Source: Parcubacteria group bacterium
GTDB taxonomy: Bacteria; Patescibacteriota; Minisyncoccia; Moranbacterales; UBA9337
Reading direction: 5' to 3'
Length of the DNA: 64,000 bases
NCBI GenBank assembly: GCA_041662245.1
Contig: JBAZSW010000003.1
Coordinates: 45,798-109,797 of the forward strand
This document shows, piece after piece, positions 20,413 through 29,918 of the stretch. The first letter of the stretch is position 1. Every line of letters begins with the position of its first letter. The notes beneath the pieces were generated by a model. The model was not told where the DNA came from. It was given only the letters and a program-made list of their open reading frames with translations, and made no database searches. Both the position numbers and the translations under genes were made by a program.

Positions 20413-21129
20413 TTAAGAGGCTAACATAGCTATTCTTTTATAATAAACATTGACATCAGCCACCCATTTATTGGCGGCTGCCTGACCTCCGGTGGCAGCG
20501 CAACTTCTCCCACATTTCCAAACCACCATCTTAGCTGGGGTATCAATATTCTGTTCTACTAATTCAGAAATTCTTCCACCAATAGCCCCAACTGCCTCTT
20601 CGGCGCTTCCGAAGCAACCATATCCCATAGCTACACCTTTAGAACCCATTCCCTTATATCCCCAGTAATTATAACATGTTTGTCCATTTTTCCAAGGAGA
20701 GTGCAATCCCCAACTGCTTTCCTTTTTAGCTATTCCCACAATTAAAGCTGCTATTTTTTTATCATATTTAGCTATAAAAGGAGCCATTTCTTCTATAGGA
20801 TGATCTTTTGTTATATTTCTAATCTCCCCTTCTAGATAGCTCATCTCTTCGAAATCTTCACCTTGAACACTTTTCGAGGCAAAAGTGTAATCTTCTATCT
20901 CATTCAAATTCCAATTATCATCTAATTTTAATTCAGCAACATGATTTAATCCGCTATTCCTAGCCTCAATATTGCCAAATACTAAATTTTTAACATAACC
21001 ACCGTAAAAAAAACAGCCCATAATGATTATCGCTATGGTTGTTAGCTTGTTACCTCTGTCTTTATACTTATTTTTTAATTTTTTAACTACTTTTTTACAA
21101 AAATCCAAAGGATTTTTACACATAAACAA
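20413..21129 (-). CDS. GH73-like glucosaminidase domain protein, membrane anchored, with Cys-rich C-terminal tail (paralog 1)
   Basis: GIAKKESSWG ~ glucosaminidase LESGWG catalytic motif. CYNYWGYKG ~ NNLFGIKG. C-terminal MVVWKCGRSCAATGGQAAANKW is shared with paralog 2. Confidence 0.45.
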   Translation of the reverse strand: MFMCKNPLDFCKKVVKKLKNKYKDRGNKLTTIAIIIMGCFFYGGYVKNLVFGNIEARNSGLNHVAELKLDDNWNLNEIEDYTFASKSVQGEDFEEMSYLEGEIRNITKDHPIEEMAPFIAKYDKKIAALIVGIAKKESSWGLHSPWKNGQTCYNYWGYKGMGSKGVAMGYGCFGSAEEAVGAIGGRISELVEQNIDTPAKMVVWKCGRSCAATGGQAAANKWVADVNVYYKRIAMLAS

Positions 21130-21160
21130 CTTTATTAATATTTACTAGCAACTGTTTCAG

Positions 21161-21193
21161 GACACAGAACCTATCATATCAAAGACACAGACC
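21161..21193. promoter_or_regulatory. direct repeat GACACAGAaCC ...(N11)... GACACAGAcCC, 32-64 nt upstream of the paralog-1 start
   Basis: Seen in the sequence. Start-to-start spacing is 22 nt (two helical turns). Confidence 0.3.
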
Positions 21194-21204
21194 CTGTCAA
21201 TGAA

Positions 21205-21213
21205 GTTATCCAC
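21205..21213 (+). promoter_or_regulatory. perfect DnaA-box 9-mer TTATCCACA (aagTTATCCACAg, the same 13-mer as at 18986)
   Basis: Direct reading of the sequence. Confidence 0.3.
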
Positions 21214-21400
21214 AGCCGAAATATTACTTCACACCCAAGCAAGGGAACGTTTTTGTCTAAAAGTTGAATGGCTTTTATAAAAATAAATCTCATATTAAAA
21301 AATAATCTAACATATATGAAAAAAAATTCCACAAACAAAAAAATCCTTATGAATAAAGGAATTTTTCGTATTGAATTTTGAAAAATTAATAAGCTTAATT

Positions 21401-22414
21401 TTATCTTTCCTCATTTAATCTTTCCAAAATCATATCTACATCTGAAATCCACTTATCAGCAGCTGCCTGACCTCCCGTGGCAGCGCAACTTCTTCCACAT
21501 TTCCAAACCACCATTTTTTCAGCTGTATCTCTACTATAATTTTCCACTAACTCTTCAATTCTTTTAGCAGTAATATCTACTGCTATTTCTCTATTTTTAA
21601 AACAAGAATGTCCGCCAGAACCCAATTCTTCGGTTTTGCCCCTATATCCAACATAATTATAACAGTCCTTTCCTTTTAATACAGGCACTCTTTTGCCCCA
21701 GTTGCTTTCTTTCTTAGCTATTGCAATATAAAAGGCTGCCACTTTAGGATCTTTCTTGAGAATATAGGGCATCATTTCTGCTATAGGATAGCCTTTAACT
21801 AATTCTTTAGCACGAATATTAAAATCTTTATCAGCCTCTGCCTTTAAATATCCAGCTATTTCTGCCAAATAGATATCTTCCTTCTCACTTGTCCATTCAT
21901 TTTTATTGATTGTTTCCGTATAAGCACCGGCTATTTCTTTGGGAGCAGCATCTTTTGCAGACACTCCTAACCCCAAATAACGATAGATAAAAGACATGGA
22001 AATCATTCCTATAATTATTGCCACCAAAATTGAAGCATTCCACAATCTTAAAATGGAAAACCTGCTAAGGAAAAACTCATATTTTTTAACGGTTACATTT
22101 TTTTGATAGTTGTCAAACCTTTTAGCAAATATCCGATATTGATAATATAAATAATCGCTATATTTAGCCTTAATTTTATTATGCTCTTGCATCGCTCTGC
22201 GATTTAAACTATCCAGCATCTTATTTTTAGTTCTAAATTCTACTAATTCAGCAGTCTTTCTATCATCACAATTAAAATATAAACAAGAGTCATTGGCAAA
22301 AAAAATATTTTGCCTCTTACCCTTAGAAAGCAAAAAACTTCCCGATTTTTCATTTCGAGATAAGTTAATTTTTTTTATTCTTTTATTATTTTTCGCATTA
22401 AAAGCACTATCCAT
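21401..22414 (-). CDS. GH73-like glucosaminidase domain protein with ~115-aa cytoplasmic N-terminus, TM and Cys-rich tail (paralog 2)
   Basis: IAIAKKESNWG, CYNYVGYRG, MVVWKCGRSCAATGGQAAADKW. Co-linear with paralog 1. Confidence 0.45.
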   Translation of the reverse strand: MDSAFNAKNNKRIKKINLSRNEKSGSFLLSKGKRQNIFFANDSCLYFNCDDRKTAELVEFRTKNKMLDSLNRRAMQEHNKIKAKYSDYLYYQYRIFAKRFDNYQKNVTVKKYEFFLSRFSILRLWNASILVAIIIGMISMSFIYRYLGLGVSAKDAAPKEIAGAYTETINKNEWTSEKEDIYLAEIAGYLKAEADKDFNIRAKELVKGYPIAEMMPYILKKDPKVAAFYIAIAKKESNWGKRVPVLKGKDCYNYVGYRGKTEELGSGGHSCFKNREIAVDITAKRIEELVENYSRDTAEKMVVWKCGRSCAATGGQAAADKWISDVDMILERLNEER

Positions 22415-22436
22415 CTTTTTCTAAAATTTAACTATA

Positions 22437-24215
22437 TTATTCTTTAGTAACTCTCAATATTTCCTCTATTGATGTTGTCCCTTCTGCTGCTCGGATAAAT
22501 CCGTCCTCTATCATAGTTAACACTCCCATTTCTGAAGCCTTTTTTTCAATGGTTTCCGCAGAAGCCGCTTGGGTAATCAACTTTTCAATTTCAGAATTAA
22601 TCTCTAATACTTCATAAATACCCATTCTTCCCTTGTAGCCTTCATCGTTGCATCTCTTACAGCCTTTGGGTTTATAAAATTTTATAGCTTCCCATCCCTT
22701 TTTTGCATCCACCTTATCTTTTAAATGATCTACCTTTGATAGCATCTCTAACATTTTTTTGGTATCGAAATTTTTCTCCAAAGTCTCCACTTCTTTTTTT
22801 TCTAAATTATATTCCGTTTTACATTCATTACAAAGTTTCCTTACTAAACGTTGAGCAATCACTACGTTGGTAGTAGAAGCTACCAAAAATGGCTCTGCTC
22901 CCATATCTAAAAGTCTAGGTAATGTTCCTGCGGCACTATTGGTATGCAAAGTCGAAAGCACTAAATGTCCCGTCATAGCGGCATGCATTGCAATTTCCAT
23001 AGTTTCTTCATCTCGAATTTCTCCAACCATTATAATATCTGGATCTTGTCTCAGCAAAGCTCTTAAGCTAGCGGCAAAAGTCAATCCTATTTTTGAATTG
23101 ATCTGAGTCTGATTAACTCTTGGCATTCTATATTCAACAGGATCTTCTACTGTACTAATATTAACTGTTGGGGTATTTAAAATATCCATTATAGTATAGA
23201 GAGTAGTTGTTTTTCCACTTCCCGTTGGTCCTGTTACCAGAATCATTCCGTTGGGCTTAGTAACTTCCCTATGGACGATTTCTAAGGCCTCGCCTTGAAG
23301 ACCCATCTTTTCTAAGGTTAAACCTTTTGACGTTTCGTCCAATAAACGCATTACCACTTTTTCTCCATCAAATATTGGCAAAATATTGACACGAAAAGAT
23401 ATTTTGTATTCATCATTGATTATTTTAAATCGACCATCCTGAGGAAGTCGATGCTCATCTAGTTTCAAATTAGCTAAAACTTTTATACGAGCAATAATCC
23501 CAGACATTATTTTTCTAGGTAAAGTCATGGCATCATGCAAAATTCCATCTATACGATATCTAACTCGCACTTCTTTTTCATCTGGTTCAATATGAATATC
23601 ACTGGCCGATTCAAGGATGGCATGTTTTATTAAAGTATCTACTACTCTTATAACTGGCAAATCCTCCGCTTCTTTTGACAATTTTTTATCTGAAGATTTA
23701 TCTATTTTTTCAGCAATAGCTCCTTTTGTTAAATTTTCTCCATCACCTTCTAGTCCAATCATGTCTCCAAACTCAGCCTTAAGACTCTTTTCATATTGCT
23801 TTAGAATATTAGATATGCCCTCTTCAGTGGTAAGGCAAGGCGTCACTGATAATCCAGTTTTCTTTTTTATAAATTCTATCGTTTGCAAATCGTCAGGATT
23901 CAACATTGCTACTTTCAATGTGCTATCCGATTTATCAAAAGCTACTATTTTATACTTTTTAGCGATTGGCTCAGGTATTATTTTTAAAATCTCCGGAGGA
24001 ATTGTTTCTTTACTTATGTCCACAAAGGGAGTTCCTAAAATATAGGCATACAATTTATCCAATTCTTCTTTCGAAACTAATTTTTTTTCCAATAATAATT
24101 CCCCCATTGGTCTTTTCTCTTTTTCTGCCAAATCAAAAATATCTTCAATCTCTTTTAAATCCAAGAGCTCACTATCTAACAAAAAGCCTTTTAATTGTTT
24201 ATTATCTACTCGCAT
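22437..24215 (-). CDS. pilB: type IV pilus / type II secretion assembly ATPase (GspE/PilB family)
   Basis: N-terminal T2SSE_N domain, Walker A LVTGPTGSGKTTTLY, Asp/His boxes, C-terminal tetracysteine CNEC...CKRC. Confidence 0.85.
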   Translation of the reverse strand: MRVDNKQLKGFLLDSELLDLKEIEDIFDLAEKEKRPMGELLLEKKLVSKEELDKLYAYILGTPFVDISKETIPPEILKIIPEPIAKKYKIVAFDKSDSTLKVAMLNPDDLQTIEFIKKKTGLSVTPCLTTEEGISNILKQYEKSLKAEFGDMIGLEGDGENLTKGAIAEKIDKSSDKKLSKEAEDLPVIRVVDTLIKHAILESASDIHIEPDEKEVRVRYRIDGILHDAMTLPRKIMSGIIARIKVLANLKLDEHRLPQDGRFKIINDEYKISFRVNILPIFDGEKVVMRLLDETSKGLTLEKMGLQGEALEIVHREVTKPNGMILVTGPTGSGKTTTLYTIMDILNTPTVNISTVEDPVEYRMPRVNQTQINSKIGLTFAASLRALLRQDPDIIMVGEIRDEETMEIAMHAAMTGHLVLSTLHTNSAAGTLPRLLDMGAEPFLVASTTNVVIAQRLVRKLCNECKTEYNLEKKEVETLEKNFDTKKMLEMLSKVDHLKDKVDAKKGWEAIKFYKPKGCKRCNDEGYKGRMGIYEVLEINSEIEKLITQAASAETIEKKASEMGVLTMIEDGFIRAAEGTTSIEEILRVTKE

Positions 24216-24239
24216 TTATATTTATTTTTATTTATCATT

Positions 24240-24617
24240 TTATCTTAGAGATAAAACTTCTTTTATTTTTTCTACTATTTCTCTTATTTGATAATCACCC
24301 TTCACTAAATAGGTTGTAGCCCCCAATTCAAGAGCTTTCTCTATATCATCCAAGCTTCCTAGATTAGTTAACAAAATAACTGGTATATCAGAAGTATCAT
24401 TATTGTCTTTAACTTCCTTCAATACTTCAAATCCATTTTTCTTAGGAAGAATTATATCCAATAGAATTATGTCTGGCTTACTAGTACCCACTAAAACGAT
24501 CCCCTCTTCTCCATCTGCAGCTACTGCAACACTAAAACCCTCCGATTCTAAAAACTCGGATAAAACATTCCTCAAGGTTGCATCATCTTCAATTATTAAT
24601 ATTTTTTTATTTTTCAT
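24240..24617 (-). CDS. stand-alone response-regulator receiver (CheY-like), no output domain
   Basis: ILIIEDD...D(53)IILLDIILP...K; 125 aa. Confidence 0.8.
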   Translation of the reverse strand: MKNKKILIIEDDATLRNVLSEFLESEGFSVAVAADGEEGIVLVGTSKPDIILLDIILPKKNGFEVLKEVKDNNDTSDIPVILLTNLGSLDDIEKALELGATTYLVKGDYQIREIVEKIKEVLSLR

Positions 24618-24656
24618 AAATTCACATTAATTTATTATTATTTAATTAAAAATATA

Positions 24657-25595
24657 CTAGGCAATTGGTAAGGAAAAATGAAACTCACTTCCCTCTCCTT
24701 CAATAGAGTGAAACCAAACCTTACCTCTGCTCCTCTCAATAATATTTTTCGCAATATATAAGCCCAATCCCGTTCCTCCCGTTTCTTTATTGGAGGCCTC
24801 TTTGCTTCGATAAAATTTATCGAAAACACGAATTTGCTCATTTTTAGGTATCCCAATCCCGCTATCTTTTATAGAAATTAATGCTTTTCTATTATCTTTT
24901 CCTACCTTTATTATCACACGTCCATTTTCTTTATTATATTTTATAGAATTTGATATAAAATTATCTAAAACCACTTCCATTCTTTTCTCATCGCCAATTA
25001 TTTTAGGCATATTATCATCTACCGTTAAATCGATATTTACTTTGTTCTTTTGTGTTAGCAGTTTATTTTTGTCTACCACTTTCCTTACTAAATCAACTAT
25101 ATCTATATCATCTCTTCTGGTGAAGAAATTGTTTTGATCCATTCTGGCTACATCTAATAAATCATTGACCATTCTGGACATAAGGGCATTGGAAGACTCG
25201 ATGTTGTTTATAATATTTCTTTGCTTATCCGTTAGCCCTTCGCTATATTTAGCTACTAAAAGTTCAATATCCCAACTTATGCCCGTAAGCGGGGTTTTTA
25301 ACTGATGTGAAACTATAGAGACGAACTCTGATTTGGTTTTATTGACTTGAGCTAATTTTTCCATGCTCCCTATGATGATATTTCCAATAGTCAGAATGGC
25401 TATTACCACCACGGATTCTGCTACTACTAAAAATTCTGTAGTTATATATTTCCTGGAAACGAAGAAAACTATTGCCATGACAGAGGCAATAATAAATCCC
25501 AATGCAATAAACAAGAAACTAGGCGCCTGCCAAAAACTAACCCCTAAACTATCTGCCTGCTTTTTTATATTTAAATCATTAACTATCCAACTCAT
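24657..25595 (-). CDS. sensor histidine kinase (2 TM, HisKA + HATPase_c)
   Basis: H-box SHQLKTPLT, N-box, G2 box GGTGLGLYIAKNI. Confidence 0.8.
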   Translation of the reverse strand: MSWIVNDLNIKKQADSLGVSFWQAPSFLFIALGFIIASVMAIVFFVSRKYITTEFLVVAESVVVIAILTIGNIIIGSMEKLAQVNKTKSEFVSIVSHQLKTPLTGISWDIELLVAKYSEGLTDKQRNIINNIESSNALMSRMVNDLLDVARMDQNNFFTRRDDIDIVDLVRKVVDKNKLLTQKNKVNIDLTVDDNMPKIIGDEKRMEVVLDNFISNSIKYNKENGRVIIKVGKDNRKALISIKDSGIGIPKNEQIRVFDKFYRSKEASNKETGGTGLGLYIAKNIIERSRGKVWFHSIEGEGSEFHFSLPIA

Positions 25596-25657
25596 TGATA
25601 AATTATTAATTTTTATCTACAACTTTTCGTTAATTATAACACAGAAAATTAACAAAT

Positions 25658-25690
25658 AAAAATCAACTAATTAATTAGTTGATTTTTATT
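25658..25690. terminator. perfect 30-bp palindrome AAAAATCAACTAATT|AATTAGTTGATTTTT; bidirectional intrinsic terminator
   Basis: Stem with flanking A-run and T-run. Lies between the small ORF (25734-25868) and the HK promoter region. Confidence 0.5.
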
Positions 25691-25733
25691 TATTTTATTT
25701 TAATCTATATAATATAATTTTATTGATTTTATA

Positions 25734-25868
25734 TTATATAATTCCAAAATTCATAAAAAATGTCAGCACCAAAAGAGGAACTAAAGACAACAGAATAGAA
25801 AACCTTCCTTCTTCGTTATGGTCTGACTCAAAAAGATCTTTGTTTAATACTGCTTTTATTTTTTCCAT
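25734..25868 (-). CDS. possible 44-aa small membrane protein (MEKIKAVLNKDLFESDHNEEGRFSILLSLVPLLVLTFFMNFGII)
   Basis: Translated manually (below the ORF-track length cutoff). Hydrophobic C-terminus. No other support. Confidence 0.2.
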   Translation of the reverse strand: MEKIKAVLNKDLFESDHNEEGRFSILLSLVPLLVLTFFMNFGII

Positions 25869-26076
25869 ATTTTTTTATTTTTGTTTTTAAATTATTGTAT
25901 AGGATGATGTCTAAAGAGTGTTTTTATTTAACTCATTTTATAGAACCAATCGACCATTTGGCTTAAAAAACAAAAAATGAATCCTCACCCCGAGAATTCA
26001 CCCTATCTTTATAAGGTCTTTATTTAACCTTACAAACTCATTATACACCATTTTAACTTAAAAGTCAAACCATTTT

Positions 26077-26487
26077 TTAATGCAACGGGCTCATTTTACT
26101 GAAACCTCCAGATTTAGAATTACCTCCAGAAAAAGTCTTTCCTGAAATACCCGTATATCCGCCTTTCCTATTTTCTTGTTCTCTGTCTCTATTGAAATTT
26201 TCTTCAGGTTTTTTATATTTGTGAGAACCTTTTATTCCCAAAGCTCTTGCTAAACCAGCCGTTTCTTTTTTATCCAAAGAATCGCGTCCATCAAAATGAA
26301 ATTTTCCCAAAATTCTACGTGCCTCATCTTTGGTAATTCCACCACCACTATATCTCCGAAACTGAGACAGCACTTCTTTCTTTTCTCCCAAATTATCCAC
26401 TACTTTAGCTATCTCTGGTTTTTTCAGGATTTTTAATATCTTTTTCTTCGAATCAACATCTCTTCTTCTAAATAACATTTTTGCCAT
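26077..26487 (-). CDS. hypothetical basic protein (136 aa)
   Basis: ORF only. Lys/Arg/Gly-rich. Confidence 0.4.
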   Translation of the reverse strand: MAKMLFRRRDVDSKKKILKILKKPEIAKVVDNLGEKKEVLSQFRRYSGGGITKDEARRILGKFHFDGRDSLDKKETAGLARALGIKGSHKYKKPEENFNRDREQENRKGGYTGISGKTFSGGNSKSGGFSKMSPLH

Positions 26488-26511
26488 ATTTTTAAAACAA
26501 ACATTTTTATT

Positions 26512-26850
26512 TTACTTTTTTCCAATCTGATGTAGTGCTGAATGTATAACTGACATTACTAAACTAAAAACCAGTGCCCACCAAAAACTATCCACTTTGA
26601 AACCATCTACTATTCGACTAGCCAATAAAACTAAACAAGCATTAATAACTAGAGTAAAAAGTCCTAAAGTAAATATATTAATAGGTAAAGTCAATATCAA
26701 TAAGATAGGCTTTAAAAAAACGTTAATTACTCCCAAAACTAAAGCCACCATAAAAGCCGTAAAAACACTATTCACACTCACTCCCGAGAGTAATTGTGCG
26801 CTGATAAAAACCGCCAATGTCATTACTGTCCAATTTATTATATACTTCAT
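26512..26850 (-). CDS. DUF360/YvlD-like 4-TM membrane protein (holin family IV-like)
   Basis: Four TM helices; GLFTLVINACLVLLASRIVDGF..FWWAL pattern. Confidence 0.6.
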   Translation of the reverse strand: MKYIINWTVMTLAVFISAQLLSGVSVNSVFTAFMVALVLGVINVFLKPILLILTLPINIFTLGLFTLVINACLVLLASRIVDGFKVDSFWWALVFSLVMSVIHSALHQIGKK

Positions 26851-26928
26851 ATTTTTATTGTTTTATTAAAAATTAGTAATCAATAATTGGCAACTGGCAA
26901 TTATTTGCGAGTTACTGATTGCTACTTA

Positions 26929-27402
26929 TTAATAATGATACCTTTTATTTTTATTTATAGCAATTGCTCGATAAAGTTGTTCCACCAAAATTACTCGCAC
27001 TAATTCATGGGGAAAAGTTAACTGAGATAGACTAATTTTAATCGCACTTTTGTAAGATAAAATATCCTCGCTAAATCCAAGAGCGCCACCTATCACAAAA
27101 ATTATATTTTCCAATTCATTTTCAAACAAAAAATTAGAAAACTCCTCTGATTTCAATTCTTTTCCGTTCTCATCCAAAATCAAAATCTTACTTTGAGGAA
27201 ACCTTCTTAAATAATCAACTATTTTTTCTCCTTCTTTTTGTTTTATTTTATATTTATTAGAATTATCAAAAAAAGGCTCAGGCATTATCTCCTCTACTTT
27301 TACATTAGCATATGGAGACAACCTTTTTAAATAGTTCAAAAAAGATTCGTTAAAATTTTTATCCTTGACTTTTCCCACTGCCAAAATTGTTATTTTAAGC
27401 AT
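26929..27402 (-). CDS. rlmH: 23S rRNA (pseudouridine1915-N3)-methyltransferase RlmH (SPOUT)
   Basis: ITILAVGKVK...FVIGGALGFSEDI...TFPHELVRVIL. Start taken at the internal MLKITIL; the ORF track extends to 27432. Confidence 0.7.
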   Translation of the reverse strand: MLKITILAVGKVKDKNFNESFLNYLKRLSPYANVKVEEIMPEPFFDNSNKYKIKQKEGEKIVDYLRRFPQSKILILDENGKELKSEEFSNFLFENELENIIFVIGGALGFSEDILSYKSAIKISLSQLTFPHELVRVILVEQLYRAIAINKNKRYHY

Positions 27403-27491
27403 AAATTTATAAATTTCATATAAACCAATCATATCAGAAAAAACTAGTTTTAAAAAGTTAAGCCTAGTCTTTAAATTATTAAAAACTAGGC

Positions 27492-28121
27492 TTATTTGAG
27501 CAACTCAAATTCTGCATCTGCCAATGATCGTAGTAGCTCCTCGTGAACTTCCATGATAGCTCTACGATATTGACAACCAATCTCTGCCGCCCTTACCGCC
27601 ATAGGAACTAAATATTCCCAAGTTTCCTCAATCTGTTTTTGCAATCTTTTTCTAGTAAAAAAATCATTTTCTTCAAGATGCTTGGTCATGTTGCGAAGAT
27701 TGTGGAGACGATCGGCTAATTTTACCAAGATTGTAACTGTATCTTCACTAATTCTAGCAAAATAAAAACGAATATTTTCATTTTTTATTCTTGTTAAAAT
27801 AAAGACTATCAGTTCCACATTTATCCCAAATCCTTCGTTAATATTATCCAACAAACTTAAGTTGATATTTTCTGGGACATCATGCAATAAGCCTGCAGCT
27901 AAAATATCATCATCTAAAATTTGATGAAAAATAAGAATCTGTGCCACTCTATAAGAATGAACGAATTCATCTCTTCCATCTTTTCTTTTAACCAAATTAA
28001 AAAACTCACGTGCGCAGTTAAGCGCCTTCATTGTTTTAATCAATTCGTTTTCTAAGGCAACTTTTTCTACATCCACAGCGTGCCAAGGCATTTTATCTCT
28101 GTTCTTTATCAAACAAATCAC
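27492..28121 (-). CDS. HD-domain (p)ppGpp hydrolase-like protein (Rel/SpoT-type HD, small alarmone hydrolase-like)
   Basis: HSYRVA...HDVPEN...LVKLADRLHNLRNM (Rel/SpoT HD signature). Confidence 0.6.
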   Translation of the reverse strand: MICLIKNRDKMPWHAVDVEKVALENELIKTMKALNCAREFFNLVKRKDGRDEFVHSYRVAQILIFHQILDDDILAAGLLHDVPENINLSLLDNINEGFGINVELIVFILTRIKNENIRFYFARISEDTVTILVKLADRLHNLRNMTKHLEENDFFTRKRLQKQIEETWEYLVPMAVRAAEIGCQYRRAIMEVHEELLRSLADAEFELLK

Positions 28122-28131
28122 CTCCTTTATA

Positions 28132-29136
28132 TTAAAGAACCCTTTTGATTTTTTGAATTAATCGATAACTCCAATATTTAATTGGATTAATAATAATATC
28201 ATAACTACCAGAAAATTCAACTGGCTGATTATTTTGTGAGAAGCCTCGTTTAAATCTAGTTACTCCCGCCCATTTCAACTCCCTCTCTTTATTTTCCTCA
28301 CCAATGCTTACTCCACCAAAATCATACCTTAAAGCACCTCTTTTTTTTGCTTCCTTTATCATTTCCCACTGCAAAAGAAAGGGAGCCATTACATTCTTAT
28401 TCTCATCATCTGATGCCCCATGCAAATAGGTAGCTGTTTCTCCATAAATAACCAGTAGTGCCCCTGCAATAACTACCCCCCTATAAGTAGCCAAGCATAA
28501 CTTCAAATTATCTCCAGAAATAGCACCCAACATCTCTCGATAATATATTTTAGGATGAAAACTGATATTTTTTCTATTTCCGGTTTTTTCAATTAAATTT
28601 AAAAAATCTTCCACTTTTTTATCATCAGGCCTCAAACCATTTAGTATTTCTATTTGAACTCCTTTTTTATTTGCTAATTTTATATTATATCTTGTCTTGG
28701 GTTTCATTTCAGATAAAATATCTTCCTCGTTTTTGTTTATATCAATAACAAAAATTTGTTTAGGCTGCATATCATGAGGAGCCTTAGCTATCTCATATTT
28801 TTTATTTTTTAATGAATTTTTTATTTTTTTATCAAAATTATCTATTCTAACCCAAGCAACCTTTTTGATTTTTGCTAAATTCATCAAATCCTCCATGACC
28901 CTGCCTAATTCTTCTTCCTTAATATCCTTATCGCTTATTGGACCACGAGGAACATAAAAATATTTTCCTATCAAAGGAAGCTGGTGTTCCAAAATATTTG
29001 ACCAGAATTTTTTATCTGATATATTATAATTTTTTATTCCAAATTTATTTTGAAAATTCATCCATTGATTAGATTGCAAAAATCCTCCATAAGGAGAATT
29101 TCTTTGGATAAATTCATCTCTATTGTTATTTAGCAT
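28132..29136 (-). CDS. FemAB-family peptidoglycan interpeptide-bridge aminoacyltransferase
   Basis: GGFLQSNQWMNFQNKFG N-terminus typical of FemABX. 334 aa. Confidence 0.6.
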   Translation of the reverse strand: MLNNNRDEFIQRNSPYGGFLQSNQWMNFQNKFGIKNYNISDKKFWSNILEHQLPLIGKYFYVPRGPISDKDIKEEELGRVMEDLMNLAKIKKVAWVRIDNFDKKIKNSLKNKKYEIAKAPHDMQPKQIFVIDINKNEEDILSEMKPKTRYNIKLANKKGVQIEILNGLRPDDKKVEDFLNLIEKTGNRKNISFHPKIYYREMLGAISGDNLKLCLATYRGVVIAGALLVIYGETATYLHGASDDENKNVMAPFLLQWEMIKEAKKRGALRYDFGGVSIGEENKERELKWAGVTRFKRGFSQNNQPVEFSGSYDIIINPIKYWSYRLIQKIKRVL

Positions 29137-29147
29137 AAACTTTTTAG

Positions 29148-29720
29148 CTATCTTTTTCCTATTTCTTTTAGAGCAAATTTTATTTTTTCTTCGACACTCT
29201 CAATTTCATTGGGGATCAACTTTAGCGCTTCCCTAGCTTGAAAAGCGTTATATCCCATAACTATTAGGGCGTCCATGGTTTCACTATCGGAAATGCTATC
29301 CCTTCTATCTTCTAATGATATATCCGCTACTTTATTTTGTAATTCTAAGATAACTCTTTCGGCTGTTTTTTTTCCTACTCCTGAAACTTTAGTGAGAAGA
29401 CTAGGATTATTATTTAAAATTGCGGTTCTGATTGAAACTGGATCAGCTATTGATAGAATTCCCATAGCTGCCTTAGGGCCTATTCCGGAAATAGATATTA
29501 ATAATTCAAACATTTCCTTTTCTTCAATACTTACAAATCCATATAAAGCCAAAATATCTTCTCTAACGTAGGTATAAATGAAAAAAGAACCTTCTCCCCA
29601 AGTGGCTATTTTTCCCAGTGTAAAATCAGTCAAAAAAACTTTATAACCTACCCCCGCTACATCCACGATGATCCATCTGTCCTTTGAATATTCAATTTTT
29701 CCAGTTAATTTTGCAATCAT
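29148..29720 (-). CDS. ruvA: Holliday junction branch-migration protein RuvA
   Basis: MIAKLTGKI...VDVAGVGYKV...GIGPKAA...VSGVGKKTAERVILEL. Confidence 0.85.
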   Translation of the reverse strand: MIAKLTGKIEYSKDRWIIVDVAGVGYKVFLTDFTLGKIATWGEGSFFIYTYVREDILALYGFVSIEEKEMFELLISISGIGPKAAMGILSIADPVSIRTAILNNNPSLLTKVSGVGKKTAERVILELQNKVADISLEDRRDSISDSETMDALIVMGYNAFQAREALKLIPNEIESVEEKIKFALKEIGKR

Positions 29721-29768
29721 ATTATGAAAAGTTATAGAGTTCTTAACGTTTTAAAGCTTACAAAGTAA

Positions 29769-29847
29769 TGATTTAGTCATCAGTCAAAAGTCATTTGTCA
29801 TCGAGGTTAAAATATATTTGATGACTGATTGCGGATGACTGATGACT
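29769..29847 (-). repeat. copy B of the ~80-bp element with 12-bp TIRs (agtcatcagtca ... tgactgatgact); orientation inverted relative to copy A
   Basis: 29828-29847 is the reverse complement of 3641-3660. Perfect 12-bp terminal inverted repeats at 29776-29787 and 29836-29847. Confidence 0.5.
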
Positions 29848-29918
29848 TTAAGTATTTCAATGTTAAATTGTTTTAATGCTAATATGTTGAAATGTTCTAT
29901 GTCTATCTTATCATTCTC

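Noticed and set aside
22867-24319. Plus-strand ORFs 22867-23106, 23617-24045, 23966-24319
   Set aside because: Antisense to pilB, which has complete Walker/Asp/His boxes
24638-24856. 72-aa minus-strand ORF
   Set aside because: Lies entirely inside the C-terminal HATPase region of the histidine kinase, in another frame
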